Notes: generated by a model not told the origin, from the letters alone. 64,000 nt of DNA from Candidatus Hermodarchaeota archaeon (GCA_016839365.1 JAEOUH010000070.1:68166-132165); one strand, 5' to 3'; counted from the first letter of the stretch, positions 36,196 through 45,930 are shown. Numbers and translations are program-made.

Positions 36196-36858
36196 CTATT
36201 CAGGCATTTCTTTTTTCGCGCTTTCAATCCAAAGTTTAACTTTATCTTTGGTGATTTTGTAGCCCTTGGGAACTTGAACTCGACCAAATTTTTCAGCAGT
36301 TGAAACCTTATTGTATAGGTCTTCAATATCTGCTACAGCCAACTCTTCGATGCTGGTGATATTGGCACCCAGAACGATGCATTCCGCATCTTCGTTGGAC
36401 ACATCATTCAGCCAGGTCAAACGGGCCATCGCAATCCACTTCTGCGCAGTCTTGTTGTTGACACCAGTTAACTCCGATACAGTTTCTGGTTTTGATAGAG
36501 CAAGATCTTCAACCCACTTGATGTTACCCTTTTCAAGTTCGTCTTGATACTTCTTGCCGATTCCTTCAACGGTGCTGACGGGGAGCTGTTTCTTACCTGG
36601 TTGTGGGAGCAGGACTTCGGGAATAAATTCCTCGGGACCTGCAGTAACTTCTACCTTCTTCGGTGCCTTGCGTCCACCGGATGTGATGGCAATCACAATT
36701 CCGCCGATGAGAACCATTATCCCAATAGCGATTATGCCAAGCCCAAGGTTGAATGCTGTGGGCTGTGGTAAATTGTTCCAAGCCCAAGCGCCGATGAATA
36801 GTAGGATGACACCAAGGATGATAGCAATCACTGCTACTGTTTGATCTTTCAGATCCAT
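36196..36858 (-). CDS. Membrane-anchored DUF4332 (helix-hairpin-helix) protein
   Basis: Two N-terminal TM helices, then VEGIGKKYQDELEKGNIKWVEDLA...LTGVNNKTAQKWIAMARL...LGANITSIEELA. The ATG at 36858 is preferred over the GTG at 36867. Confidence 0.55.
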   Translation of the reverse strand: MDLKDQTVAVIAIILGVILLFIGAWAWNNLPQPTAFNLGLGIIAIGIMVLIGGIVIAITSGGRKAPKKVEVTAGPEEFIPEVLLPQPGKKQLPVSTVEGIGKKYQDELEKGNIKWVEDLALSKPETVSELTGVNNKTAQKWIAMARLTWLNDVSNEDAECIVLGANITSIEELAVADIEDLYNKVSTAEKFGRVQVPKGYKITKDKVKLWIESAKKEMPE

Positions 36859-36991
36859 AGTAAACACCTTTGTATGATCGGTCGAACCTATTTTTTGAAA
36901 CTCATATAAATGAGGTAGGTCTTGCGAGCTCCCCCGATATCCATAAGATTAAAATTACGAATCATGTGGGTTAATGCTAAAGTGACTACTC

Positions 36992-38116
36992 TTGCCACCA
37001 TCCGCAGATTCACGTATTCTCATAGGAAAGGTTGGAATTATTGTCATTATCATTTGGTTCATTTCAACCGGAATTAGTATTGATTCAACAAAAAGTATCA
37101 ATTTGATGAACTCCAACCTAGCCCCTCCCATCGGTGATTCATGTACAATTTTTACTACCACAATTGGCAATCGTGTTTTCTTTGGGAATAATGAAGATTA
37201 TCGGCTCTGGGGAATCTATGCTTGGTTCATACCCGCTCAGGTGATCTGGACACCATCGGGAAGCCATACTACCTATGGTGCTATCTTTTTTGGATTTGAT
37301 GACAATGGTGATCCGGCTGATGGGTATCCTCAAGGTGGAATGAATGACCAAGGATTATGTATCGATGGTAATGCCCTCAGCGAGTATTCAATACATGATC
37401 ATCCTGAAAGGGATACGCCTTACTGTGCGATGATGGCTCAGGTGCTTTGGGAATGTGCTACTGTCGAGGAAGTTGTATCCTGGTATCAAACTCACCGTAT
37501 CGGAACGTCAATGCCCTATCAATTACACTTTGCTGATGCGACGGGTGATGCAGTCGTCGTCGGTCCCGGTGATGACAATGAAATTGCCTTTACACGCATT
37601 CAGACCAACACCTGCCTGGTATCAACCAATATCAATGTCGCCGATCCAACTCGTGATGTCTTTGATTGCTGGCGATACAGCACTGCCATGCTCATGCTTA
37701 CGGCCATTTCGTCAGAATCCGCTCTCACAATGGAGGCGTGCAGGGACGTCCTTGATGCAGTTCACCAAAACGGGCTTTATGCAACTAAGTATAGTAACGT
37801 ATTCGACTGTGTTAGTCGAGACATCTATCTGTGGTATGATCGTGACTATACAATGGCTGTAACGATGAACCTTGATGTTGAATTAGCTGCCGTACAACCG
37901 GGAGCTCCCGGATACACTGAATCACTCACTCTCTATCATGCAGTCGCTGAAGATGGTAATCTTCGCTACAGAAAACTCGCCCTTACGGACTTTTTTGCAC
38001 CACCTCCTCCAGTAACTCTCTATCTAGTAATAGCGATTGGGGGCACTATCGCCACAATTGTCATTTTGTCGTCTGTCTTACTCCTGCGACGAAAACACAA
38101 AGCTAAGATAGCTTGA
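36992..38116 (+). CDS. Exported Ntn-hydrolase (choloylglycine hydrolase/C59- or C45-like) with a C-terminal TM anchor
   Basis: An N-terminal hydrophobic segment is followed by DSCTIFTTTIGNRVFFGNNEDY (nucleophile-Cys context C-T-x-F ... G-x-N-x-D). The C-terminus is PPPPVTLYLVIAIGGTIATIVILSSVLLLRRKHK. The start is TTG and uncertain. Confidence 0.5.
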   Translation: MPPSADSRILIGKVGIIVIIIWFISTGISIDSTKSINLMNSNLAPPIGDSCTIFTTTIGNRVFFGNNEDYRLWGIYAWFIPAQVIWTPSGSHTTYGAIFFGFDDNGDPADGYPQGGMNDQGLCIDGNALSEYSIHDHPERDTPYCAMMAQVLWECATVEEVVSWYQTHRIGTSMPYQLHFADATGDAVVVGPGDDNEIAFTRIQTNTCLVSTNINVADPTRDVFDCWRYSTAMLMLTAISSESALTMEACRDVLDAVHQNGLYATKYSNVFDCVSRDIYLWYDRDYTMAVTMNLDVELAAVQPGAPGYTESLTLYHAVAEDGNLRYRKLALTDFFAPPPPVTLYLVIAIGGTIATIVILSSVLLLRRKHKAKIA

Positions 38117-38123
38117 TATCAAA

Positions 38124-38852
38124 TCAGAATTCGATGACCCGAGGAAGCTCACCGGCAATCTTTACAGAATTTGTCGCCTCTTTTGGAAGAGGGGCAATTC
38201 CATCAAACCCGGTCTTTTCTACAAACTCAATTAGCATCAACCGAAGCCCTTCTGGATCCCATTTTGCCATTTTCTCTAAAGTGTCCACACCAGCATCGTA
38301 GTATAACCGTGCACGTATCCCTTTAACGCCGGGTAGTCTGGCTAAGTCGGATAGTTTCACCAATTCGAGGATTGCTTCTTCGGGGATGTCAAGCTCGCTA
38401 GCGAGCTGCACTCTTTGTGAGGGAGTTGCTCCCCTAGTCCGCATCTGTTGCACATCACGGATTCCTGCGGCTTCGAGTTTTGCCACATACCCGACGTTGA
38501 CACCTCTGAAATCTCGTAATCGAAACTCTTTTCGCGTCTTTTGGGTTAGGGTTTTCCTGAGCTCTGCAACTCGGTTCGCCATTATCTTATTACCTATGTA
38601 TCGGTAGTAATAGTGGATCGCCCACAGCTGACCCTTCGCCGCGGTTTCTTGGTCTTCTTCGAACCAAGTAACATAGGTTGAAATATCCTCAGGGGCTGCG
38701 TCGTCAAGGGTTTTCCCATCGGCATACTTGTGCAAGTACGCCTCATAGCTGTGGACTAGCCTGAGAATGCGCTCCACCACATGAGGCTTGCGACCCCCCC
38801 TTTTCAGAAACTGGCGAAATGCTTCTTCGTCCACGCCCTGAACACCATCCAC
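38124..38852 (-). CDS. DUF4332 (HhH) protein with an N-terminal four-helix, integrase core-binding-like region
   Basis: GVNVGYVAKLEAAGIRDVQQM...LVKLSDLARLPGVKGIRARLYYDAGVDTLEKMA. No tyrosine-recombinase catalytic domain is present. The start is GTG. Confidence 0.55.
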   Translation of the reverse strand: MDGVQGVDEEAFRQFLKRGGRKPHVVERILRLVHSYEAYLHKYADGKTLDDAAPEDISTYVTWFEEDQETAAKGQLWAIHYYYRYIGNKIMANRVAELRKTLTQKTRKEFRLRDFRGVNVGYVAKLEAAGIRDVQQMRTRGATPSQRVQLASELDIPEEAILELVKLSDLARLPGVKGIRARLYYDAGVDTLEKMAKWDPEGLRLMLIEFVEKTGFDGIAPLPKEATNSVKIAGELPRVIEF

Positions 38853-38965
38853 TGCGATGTTATGCGTAGTTATGGTTTTTATTTCTTGACCTGAGATTGG
38901 TTATAATTCTCTGAATGGTTGGGTTGTGTGAGGGATTTTTATTGGGTAGATGAGGAGCTAGATTC

Positions 38966-39325
38966 ATGTCTTTCTCAACAAACCTATTCCAACAGATAAT
39001 CGAGGTGACGGGCTGTGACCAAGAGCAATTAATGGACTGCTCATTTGTTGAGACTCTAATTCGAGACGTAGCAGAATTAAGCGAAATGGAAATTCTACAC
39101 GGTCCAGTCATCGTTGAGGGAAGACCACACAATCCAGGGCTAACTGGATTTGCAATTATCGATTATTCCCATATCGCGGTACACACCTTTCCCAGTGACC
39201 GTGAATTATTCCTCGATTTATGTTCGTGCAAAGTGTTTGATGCAAAAAAGATTGAAGACTACATGCAACAGAGGTTGAACGTAAATCCATCTCATGTGAA
39301 GAGCACCCGACTCAACTTTGATTGA
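38966..39325 (+). CDS. Pyruvoyl-dependent decarboxylase of the archaeal SpeH/AdoMetDC family (variant cleavage site)
   Basis: GLTGFAIIDYSHIAVHTFPSDRELFLDLCSC aligns with the SpeH consensus GVSGVVLLSESHISIHTWPE...VDVFTC. The site is Y-S instead of E-S. Confidence 0.6.
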   Translation: MSFSTNLFQQIIEVTGCDQEQLMDCSFVETLIRDVAELSEMEILHGPVIVEGRPHNPGLTGFAIIDYSHIAVHTFPSDRELFLDLCSCKVFDAKKIEDYMQQRLNVNPSHVKSTRLNFD

Positions 39326-39438
39326 GTTTTATTACTTGTTCGAATGACGTTTCTACTCAGGTCGGACCGTCTTCCAAAATAGTTATACAGGTAGTGATAG
39401 GACACACGGCGAAGTATATCCCTTCATGAGGGCCGCCT

Positions 39439-40605
39439 ATGTTCGCAGAGCAAGGATTACCGAAAAAGCAAGTACTCGAACTCCTGTCAAAAACACTGAA
39501 TCTGGATTCAACATATGATAGTGGATATCCTGTTTCCTCGATGTCCTCAACTCCACATAAGTTAGGTATTGAAATCTATTCGGATACTATGGATCGAAAT
39601 GCTGGTCGCTATTACACCTTCCAAGGCTCCGAACAAATCGAACATGAAACCCTCAACATGATTGGAGATCTATTCCAAATTAACCATCCTTATGGAACTA
39701 GTACCTCAGGAGGGACTGAATCGAATATCCTGGCGATGCTAGCCGCACGCGAAACTAGCTCTAGTAGCATTCAACGCCCCACCATTATTGCCCCCGAGAC
39801 AATCCATTCTTCCGTGGAAAAAGCAGCCTGGATTCTTGGACTCAACTTGTTTAAAACTAAAATCGATGATCAGTATCGAGCCATCCCTGAAGAAATTGAG
39901 CAAGCCATCACCTCAGATACCATTGGGATCTTTTGTACTGCTGGAACCACGTACTTAGGGCAAGTCGACCCGATTCCTGAAATCGCTTCCATTGCAGACA
40001 CGCATCAACTCCCTTTACACGTTGATGCCGCCTTTGGTGGATTTGTTCTGCCCTTCCTCAAGGCACTTGGCTATCCCAGTCCTTCCTTTGATTTCCAAAA
40101 TCCGGGTGTGACGAGTATTAGTATGGATCCACACAAAATGGGCCTTGCACCCATTCCTGCAAGTTTTCTCCTCTTTCGAAATCAAGAACCATTACAAAAG
40201 ATTACGATGAATGTCCCCTACCTACTTGGATCAAGCGCAAACCAACGCTCTCTTCTTGGAACAAGACCAGCGGGACCAATTCTCGCGACTTGGGGGATTA
40301 TGAAACACCTAGGTCGCAAGGGGTATCGGAATATTATCGAAATATGCATGAATAATACAATGTTAGCGATGAACCGAATCGCCGAGCATCCAAAACTAGG
40401 GGTACCAATTCAACCAATCATGAATCTGCTAGGCATTCAAATTGAAGGAAAGCCCTTACAACAAATCGCTGGTGCCATGGAGCACAAGGGTTGGCGAATG
40501 GCGCTCTCCCCAATACCACCGACGATTAGAATGGTGGTCATGCCTCATTTAGAACCGGATGCTATTAATGCCTTCTTTGATCAGCTCATTCAAGAACTTG
40601 ACTAA
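39439..40605 (+). CDS. mfnA: Group II PLP-dependent decarboxylase, MfnA-like (tyrosine/aspartate decarboxylase)
   Basis: GGTESNILAM, HVDAAFGG and SMDPHKMGLAP (PLP lysine). The ~388-aa size is typical of archaeal MfnA. Confidence 0.7.
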   Translation: MFAEQGLPKKQVLELLSKTLNLDSTYDSGYPVSSMSSTPHKLGIEIYSDTMDRNAGRYYTFQGSEQIEHETLNMIGDLFQINHPYGTSTSGGTESNILAMLAARETSSSSIQRPTIIAPETIHSSVEKAAWILGLNLFKTKIDDQYRAIPEEIEQAITSDTIGIFCTAGTTYLGQVDPIPEIASIADTHQLPLHVDAAFGGFVLPFLKALGYPSPSFDFQNPGVTSISMDPHKMGLAPIPASFLLFRNQEPLQKITMNVPYLLGSSANQRSLLGTRPAGPILATWGIMKHLGRKGYRNIIEICMNNTMLAMNRIAEHPKLGVPIQPIMNLLGIQIEGKPLQQIAGAMEHKGWRMALSPIPPTIRMVVMPHLEPDAINAFFDQLIQELD

Positions 40606-40641
40606 TCATCTTTGATCGACAACCGCATCACGTACCCTTGG

Positions 40642-41301
40642 TTACTTGCTCTCCCTGTATTTTCTCATTTCTTTCTCATTTGTAATAACACTTGTCAACA
40701 GAGTGTTTGAAATCTCAGACCAAGCCTTCTCCGTTTCAGACCGATCCATCCCAAAGAGCTCGTAACCTTGCAATCCATCCTGTAATGCAATTAAACCGAG
40801 AGCTAAATTGTGGGTGTTGACATCGCGCCGAATGATTCCTTTTTCTTTTTGGTCTTCAAAAAAAGTTGTCAAGTACTTGAGGGCATCATCATACATTCTT
40901 TGAAGGGAATTAGCTAGTTTAGGTTTCCGTGACGCTTCGGAGACAATTTCAAACATGAGACTAGGCGGCCAGCTAGGCTCAGAGAAAAACAATGGTGTAC
41001 TCCAGAGCTTATCGTAGAAGCTGTTCGAGGAAATGTCCAATAGATTCCCCGATTCTAAGAGTTCAGCAAGTGGTTCTTCTTCGATCTTTTCGAAGGGAAT
41101 TTGGACCACAGCTTCAAATAGGTCTTCTTTGCTCTTGAAATATTGATACAAGGTGCCCTTACTCACCCCGACTTCTTTGGCGATGTCGGTCATCTTCGCC
41201 CGGTGGTAGCCCTTCTTGGCAAAGACCGTAATCGCCGCTTCAATGATCCGTTTCTTGGCACGGATTTTATAATCTTGGAGCACGCGTGGCATCATTTTCA
41301 C
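40642..41301 (-). CDS. TetR family transcriptional regulator
   Basis: IIEAAITVFAKKGYHRAKMTDIAKEVGVSKGTLYQYFKSKEDLF. Confidence 0.9.
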   Translation of the reverse strand: MKMMPRVLQDYKIRAKKRIIEAAITVFAKKGYHRAKMTDIAKEVGVSKGTLYQYFKSKEDLFEAVVQIPFEKIEEEPLAELLESGNLLDISSNSFYDKLWSTPLFFSEPSWPPSLMFEIVSEASRKPKLANSLQRMYDDALKYLTTFFEDQKEKGIIRRDVNTHNLALGLIALQDGLQGYELFGMDRSETEKAWSEISNTLLTSVITNEKEMRKYRESK

Positions 41302-41363
41302 CGTATGGCTCTCTTAAAATATACTTCTCGTATAAAAAGGTAACTGACCAGTCAGTCAATAAA

Positions 41364-42032
41364 ATGACCAATAGGTATAAAGAGGAATGGATCTCCCTGA
41401 ACTATTCAAGGTTAGAAACAATGAACGGTCATCTGCTCTTCCTTGTCTTCTTTTTGGTTATCTTCATCGTTGGTATGATTGTTCGTGGGTACTATGGCCG
41501 TCAATCTCCGGATCGGGAAAAACCTTTACGTGATCGTTTGAGAGCGGCTGTTGAACATGAAGGTCAACTCAGCTTTGCTATACTGATGCTGCAAGCTGTG
41601 TTCATGATTGCGGCAGTCGTTCTCTACATCTTTTTCACACCACAATTTTCATGGTTGAGCCTTCCGTTTCCTGAATGGCTTCGATGGATTGGCGTAATCT
41701 TAGGGCTTTTTTCCCTGCCTTTCTTATGGTGGGTTCAATCGACGCTAGGGCGGTCCTTTTCTCCTTCGTCAACCATTCAGGAAGGCCATTTACTGGTAAC
41801 CGACGGTCCCTATCGGCGTGTCCGACATCCTGGGTACTTAGGTCAGCTCCTTTTCTATCTTGGTACACCGCTCTTGCTTGGTTCTTGGTGGGCGTTCTTC
41901 TTAGGGATCTTAATGGCCATTGTATTCGTGTATCGAACTGCAAAGGAAGACCAAGCACTGCAAACTGAACTCAGAGATTACAAAGCCTATACTGAGCAGG
42001 TAAGGACCCGGTTAGTTCCGGGTATCCGGTAG
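41364..42032 (+). CDS. ICMT-family membrane methyltransferase
   Basis: LLVTDGPYRRVRHPGYLGQLLFYLGTPLLLGSWW. The start is set at ATG 41364; the ORF opens at 41286 and would overlap the tetR start. It is divergent from the TetR gene. Confidence 0.7.
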   Translation: MTNRYKEEWISLNYSRLETMNGHLLFLVFFLVIFIVGMIVRGYYGRQSPDREKPLRDRLRAAVEHEGQLSFAILMLQAVFMIAAVVLYIFFTPQFSWLSLPFPEWLRWIGVILGLFSLPFLWWVQSTLGRSFSPSSTIQEGHLLVTDGPYRRVRHPGYLGQLLFYLGTPLLLGSWWAFFLGILMAIVFVYRTAKEDQALQTELRDYKAYTEQVRTRLVPGIR

Positions 42033-42037
42033 CCTGA

Positions 42038-43681
42038 TTAGGATGCGAGCTTTTGATCGAATACTTTTCTCAGGAAAGTAATAGGTAGATTGCCATTGTG
42101 GGTGATGGTGTCATGAAAGAATTTGTCTGTATACGAGTCACCCATTTTTTGCCTGATTTCATCACGGAGCTGGAGAATCAGATGCTTCCCTAATAGATAG
42201 GACAAAGGGTAACCAGCTGAGAGAGTATACCAGTTTACTTCCGCAATGGCTCCTTCCTTTGTCATACCAGTTTCCTTTACGAGCATATCCACAGCTTCAT
42301 CTAAACCCATTTCGCCGCGAGCCAGCTTAATGTCTACAATAATTCTGACTGCCCGCCAAATTACTCCAGTGAGCATGACCATTTTGGACTCAAGGCTGGT
42401 CACAAACCCTTTCTCCATCATCATTTGTTCACAGTAGTGCGCCCATCCTTCTACTGTTTCAGTTCCTAGTTGAGCTGCCATCAAACCAATGAGAGGAACA
42501 AGGGATCCTCTATTCGAAGCGGAAAGTTGTAAAAAGTGCCCAGGGTATCCTTCATGGACAGCGACGTTCCGGGTGTTTGGGTTATTCAGTTGCTTCCCAA
42601 GGTTTGTAATATCCTTAGGTCGAGTAACAACATATACTCCGATTTTCTTATCATCAAACCGAGAGGGAGGCATCAAGGCTGCGAATGGAATTAAAGGCGC
42701 CATGAAGGGGGGCGTCTCCTGAACGTAGAGCACATCTTCTTCATAGATAGTAGCCAATTCATGGGCAAGAATGAATTTTTTTGCCTCTTGCACAGCAGTT
42801 CGCGTCGCGGCTAAAACATCTTCGAAGGTATCTGGGACATCTTTCTCAATAGTAGCCATAATCTCTTCTACACTTTTATTCTCATCAATTTGAGCAGCTG
42901 TTTTTCGCCTTTCATCTTTAAGGTCTTTGAGAGCTTCGATACCATATTGTAGAATCTCATCTGTGGTCAAACCAAGTCCACGATATTGAATTAAACGGTC
43001 AAACTTTTCTCTGCCCATCGCCCATTCTTCTGTAGTGTTCGATAGTAGCTGATTAAGCCAGACCATATGTTCTTTTAGTGGTTCGTCTAATGTGATCACA
43101 GTTTCTTCCAAACTTGCCTGAAGTTCATCAGAAATTTGCCCTTTTCCAAGGATCGTGATGAACTGAAAGAGGCCTGGAATCCCTTGGGCGGATTCTATGG
43201 CGATTTCTGTCCAGAGCTTAACGGGTTTGGAGTTCGCAAAACGTGTATGAAATTCCTTCAGGAAGCGTGGAATTTCCTTCATACGTGAAATAACTGCCTT
43301 CATCCTTTCCTCAAGAGGGGCATAATCTCTGGAAATCAAAAGAAACAAAGCCATTCCAATAAGATCAAAGGCATCAGGATTCAACGTGTTTACTTCAAGT
43401 TCGTGGAGATTGAATTTCCAAATATCCAAAGTCCTCTCAAGGATTTGCCAATCAATCTTGTTTGCATCATTAAGTGTTTCAAAATCGACGATGCTCTTCA
43501 TTCGCTTGACAGCTTCTTCAAGCAGCTTCTCAATTTCGAGATCTCGGCTCAGATCCCCTTTTGATAGGAGATGATCATAGGGATCATGCAGCCCCAACAT
43601 GCTTGCTACCTCTGGTAGCAAATCGTAAAATCGTTCAAACATTTCATCTTTCAGTGCCTCAAAATCAGCATCAGAACTCAT
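42038..43681 (-). CDS. DUF885 family protein (putative metallopeptidase fold)
   Basis: HEGYPGHFLQ motif, ~550 aa, helical N-terminal region. Confidence 0.65.
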   Translation of the reverse strand: MSSDADFEALKDEMFERFYDLLPEVASMLGLHDPYDHLLSKGDLSRDLEIEKLLEEAVKRMKSIVDFETLNDANKIDWQILERTLDIWKFNLHELEVNTLNPDAFDLIGMALFLLISRDYAPLEERMKAVISRMKEIPRFLKEFHTRFANSKPVKLWTEIAIESAQGIPGLFQFITILGKGQISDELQASLEETVITLDEPLKEHMVWLNQLLSNTTEEWAMGREKFDRLIQYRGLGLTTDEILQYGIEALKDLKDERRKTAAQIDENKSVEEIMATIEKDVPDTFEDVLAATRTAVQEAKKFILAHELATIYEEDVLYVQETPPFMAPLIPFAALMPPSRFDDKKIGVYVVTRPKDITNLGKQLNNPNTRNVAVHEGYPGHFLQLSASNRGSLVPLIGLMAAQLGTETVEGWAHYCEQMMMEKGFVTSLESKMVMLTGVIWRAVRIIVDIKLARGEMGLDEAVDMLVKETGMTKEGAIAEVNWYTLSAGYPLSYLLGKHLILQLRDEIRQKMGDSYTDKFFHDTITHNGNLPITFLRKVFDQKLAS

Positions 43682-43831
43682 TATACCTGCACCTTTTAGA
43701 AAACTTCAAAACAAAACTTGCCTAAATTCTTTTACACACCAGCAAATCTTGCTCAGTTTTTTTTCATTTTGAATCATTTTATGAGGAGGCAATCACAGAA
43801 AAAACAGCGATTTTGTATTCAGGCACAAAAT

Positions 43832-44557
43832 TTAGGGGTTGTGTTTCACTTCGCGGGCGATTCGGAGCTCACGCACAAACCGGTAAATTTCACCAGTTTT
43901 CATCCGATATATTATGACATAGAATATGCCGAAAAAGATTATGATGAAGATTGGAGCCCAAATACCCGCGGGATTCAACAACCATGTAGTGAGGAGTAGG
44001 CTGATGAGGATGCCAAAGACCCAAATGATGGGAAAACCAAAGACCCATTTGCGGCGACTTGGGGTCGTGCGTAGGTAACTGGTGTATTCGATTTTCAATC
44101 CCAGTTCTCCCGGTGAATATCGGTACATTCCATCGAATTTGACTCGAGCCATGACTCCACCCAGGTAGCGACCCATAGGGTATGCACCATAAGCAATACA
44201 AATACAGATCAGAATGAGGCTGATGTTCAAGATGATTTGGACAAAAAGTGGAGGTAAAATGATGAATAACGCAAGTGTTGATTCCAGAAAAAGCAGGACC
44301 CAGATATAGCCGAGGAAAGACAATAGAAAAACCATAAAGTAAACGACCACTCCTTTTCCGACGCTTATTACAATGTCTTGTTTGAATAGGCGGTTTCGAA
44401 TCGCAGTCGCTTTCTCAACGACTTCATCGTCAACCACAGCCGAGTCCATTCGTTTGATTTTCCCTACGATGCGCCAGAAGGCTTTTCGTACCTGTGTTGT
44501 GTCACCTTCTTGGTCGAGTTGTTGTTCGATTTGCTGAAGTTCTGTTATGATTGTCAT
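43832..44557 (-). CDS. Hypothetical membrane protein (soluble helical N-terminus plus ~5 TM helices)
   Basis: A long ORF with hydrophobic segments and no recognisable motif. Confidence 0.5.
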   Translation of the reverse strand: MTIITELQQIEQQLDQEGDTTQVRKAFWRIVGKIKRMDSAVVDDEVVEKATAIRNRLFKQDIVISVGKGVVVYFMVFLLSFLGYIWVLLFLESTLALFIILPPLFVQIILNISLILICICIAYGAYPMGRYLGGVMARVKFDGMYRYSPGELGLKIEYTSYLRTTPSRRKWVFGFPIIWVFGILISLLLTTWLLNPAGIWAPIFIIIFFGIFYVIIYRMKTGEIYRFVRELRIAREVKHNP

Positions 44558-44577
44558 CTTCGTGGCTTCCTGCTTGT

Positions 44578-45930
44578 TTAGACGCTAAAAGACTGCTCAG
44601 CCTCATTTGGCAGCTGCTCTACCTCTAGATTTTCAGTTACCTTTTCTTTTGCAATTGAAAGTCTATCAGAGTCTTTACGGATGCGATAGGTGACATAAAT
44701 GATTGGGAGGACTACAAACACGATTAGCGCCAGGAATGCTGATAGCGCAGAACCAATCATGCCAAAGTATTCAACGCCGAACCCAATTGCATAGTCCGGT
44801 ATGATTACCCAGAAGAGGACAAATACCACAGTTCCAACCATTATGGCGAATAATCCAAAGGGATTAGGTGATACGTTTCGCTGAATCTTTGCTGCCCCCA
44901 ATAACACCAAAACAAAGGTTAGAATCAACAAAAGGATTTGAAAAATGCCATCATTTGGGAGGGGTGAGATGAACCCGGTTTCAGGGAGGAACGACCAGTT
45001 GATGAAATATTGGATGACTCTAAACCGATAATAGTACACCAAGGCTGGATAGAGCAGCCCAAAACTGGCCACCGCAATACTTACACTGGGGAATCGCCGC
45101 CATAACACAATGGTAGCAACGATTATCACTACCGGGGATATCAGAAGCAAGTAAACAAGGAATTCTCCAGGGGCAAAGCTAAGGAGCCAAAGAACGAAGT
45201 CGGGGAGGGGTATGCTTGGTGGATTATCACCCGGTCGAAAGCCATTCACCATGAATGTAAATATCAACGGAAACCAGACGAAAATGAGGATTGGGATAAG
45301 AATGAGAAGTGGTAACAGAGTAAGTCCATATTTCCATTTAGGTGGGTGATTTGCGGGAATCCCTGTATATTCAGCAAGCCATTTTGTGCTCTTGACAAGG
45401 GTATAGCCTAGTAGAATGACCTGAAGAAAGATGATGATTATCCACGACCATGTGAAGATGGTGAAAAAGAGTCCATTAGGGCCAAACATGATATTCATGG
45501 CATTCGGAAAGCGAATGAGTAAAGGTGGGAGAAGAAGGATGAAGAATAAGGCACTACTCACAATCACTAGTGGAGAAATAGCGTGTCGGAATCGGGATTG
45601 GAATAGCAGTTGTTGGCCTTTCCCAAAGACTGCTAGAAAACCTAAAAGGAGAAATCCGATGAATGCTCCACAGCCAGCGAACACCATAACCCTCACAGAA
45701 TTCACTACCCCTGGATGTACTCCAGTTATGGGATCCCACAGGATGAACCGCAGAGGTCGTTGTACTAACGCAAGGATGAGGAACAAACTCAAAGTGATGA
45801 TGAAAGTAATGCTATGACTCCAATTTTCTCGATTGAAGAACAGCCGTAATCCAGCAAAGTAGTCTTTTATTGCTTGCCAAGCCGCTGAGGGTAACTGTCG
45901 AAGACTATCAACTATACCCATCCAAATCAC
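44578..45930 (-). CDS. Hypothetical polytopic membrane protein (about 12 TM helices)
   Basis: A long ORF with repeated hydrophobic segments, 20 nt upstream of the 43832-44557 gene. The start is either GTG 45930 or ATG 45921. Confidence 0.5.
   Translation of the reverse strand: MIWMGIVDSLRQLPSAAWQAIKDYFAGLRLFFNRENWSHSITFIITLSLFLILALVQRPLRFILWDPITGVHPGVVNSVRVMVFAGCGAFIGFLLLGFLAVFGKGQQLLFQSRFRHAISPLVIVSSALFFILLLPPLLIRFPNAMNIMFGPNGLFFTIFTWSWIIIIFLQVILLGYTLVKSTKWLAEYTGIPANHPPKWKYGLTLLPLLILIPILIFVWFPLIFTFMVNGFRPGDNPPSIPLPDFVLWLLSFAPGEFLVYLLLISPVVIIVATIVLWRRFPSVSIAVASFGLLYPALVYYYRFRVIQYFINWSFLPETGFISPLPNDGIFQILLLILTFVLVLLGAAKIQRNVSPNPFGLFAIMVGTVVFVLFWVIIPDYAIGFGVEYFGMIGSALSAFLALIVFVVLPIIYVTYRIRKDSDRLSIAKEKVTENLEVEQLPNEAEQSFSV

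Noticed and set aside
38124-38852. A possible integrase or mobile-element marker, because the N-terminal ~100 aa resemble a tyrosine-recombinase core-binding (SAM-like) domain
   Set aside because: No catalytic R-H-R-Y domain follows, since the rest is DUF4332 HhH. I saw no flanking direct repeats, tRNA target or other mobile-element genes. It is not called as a mobile element.
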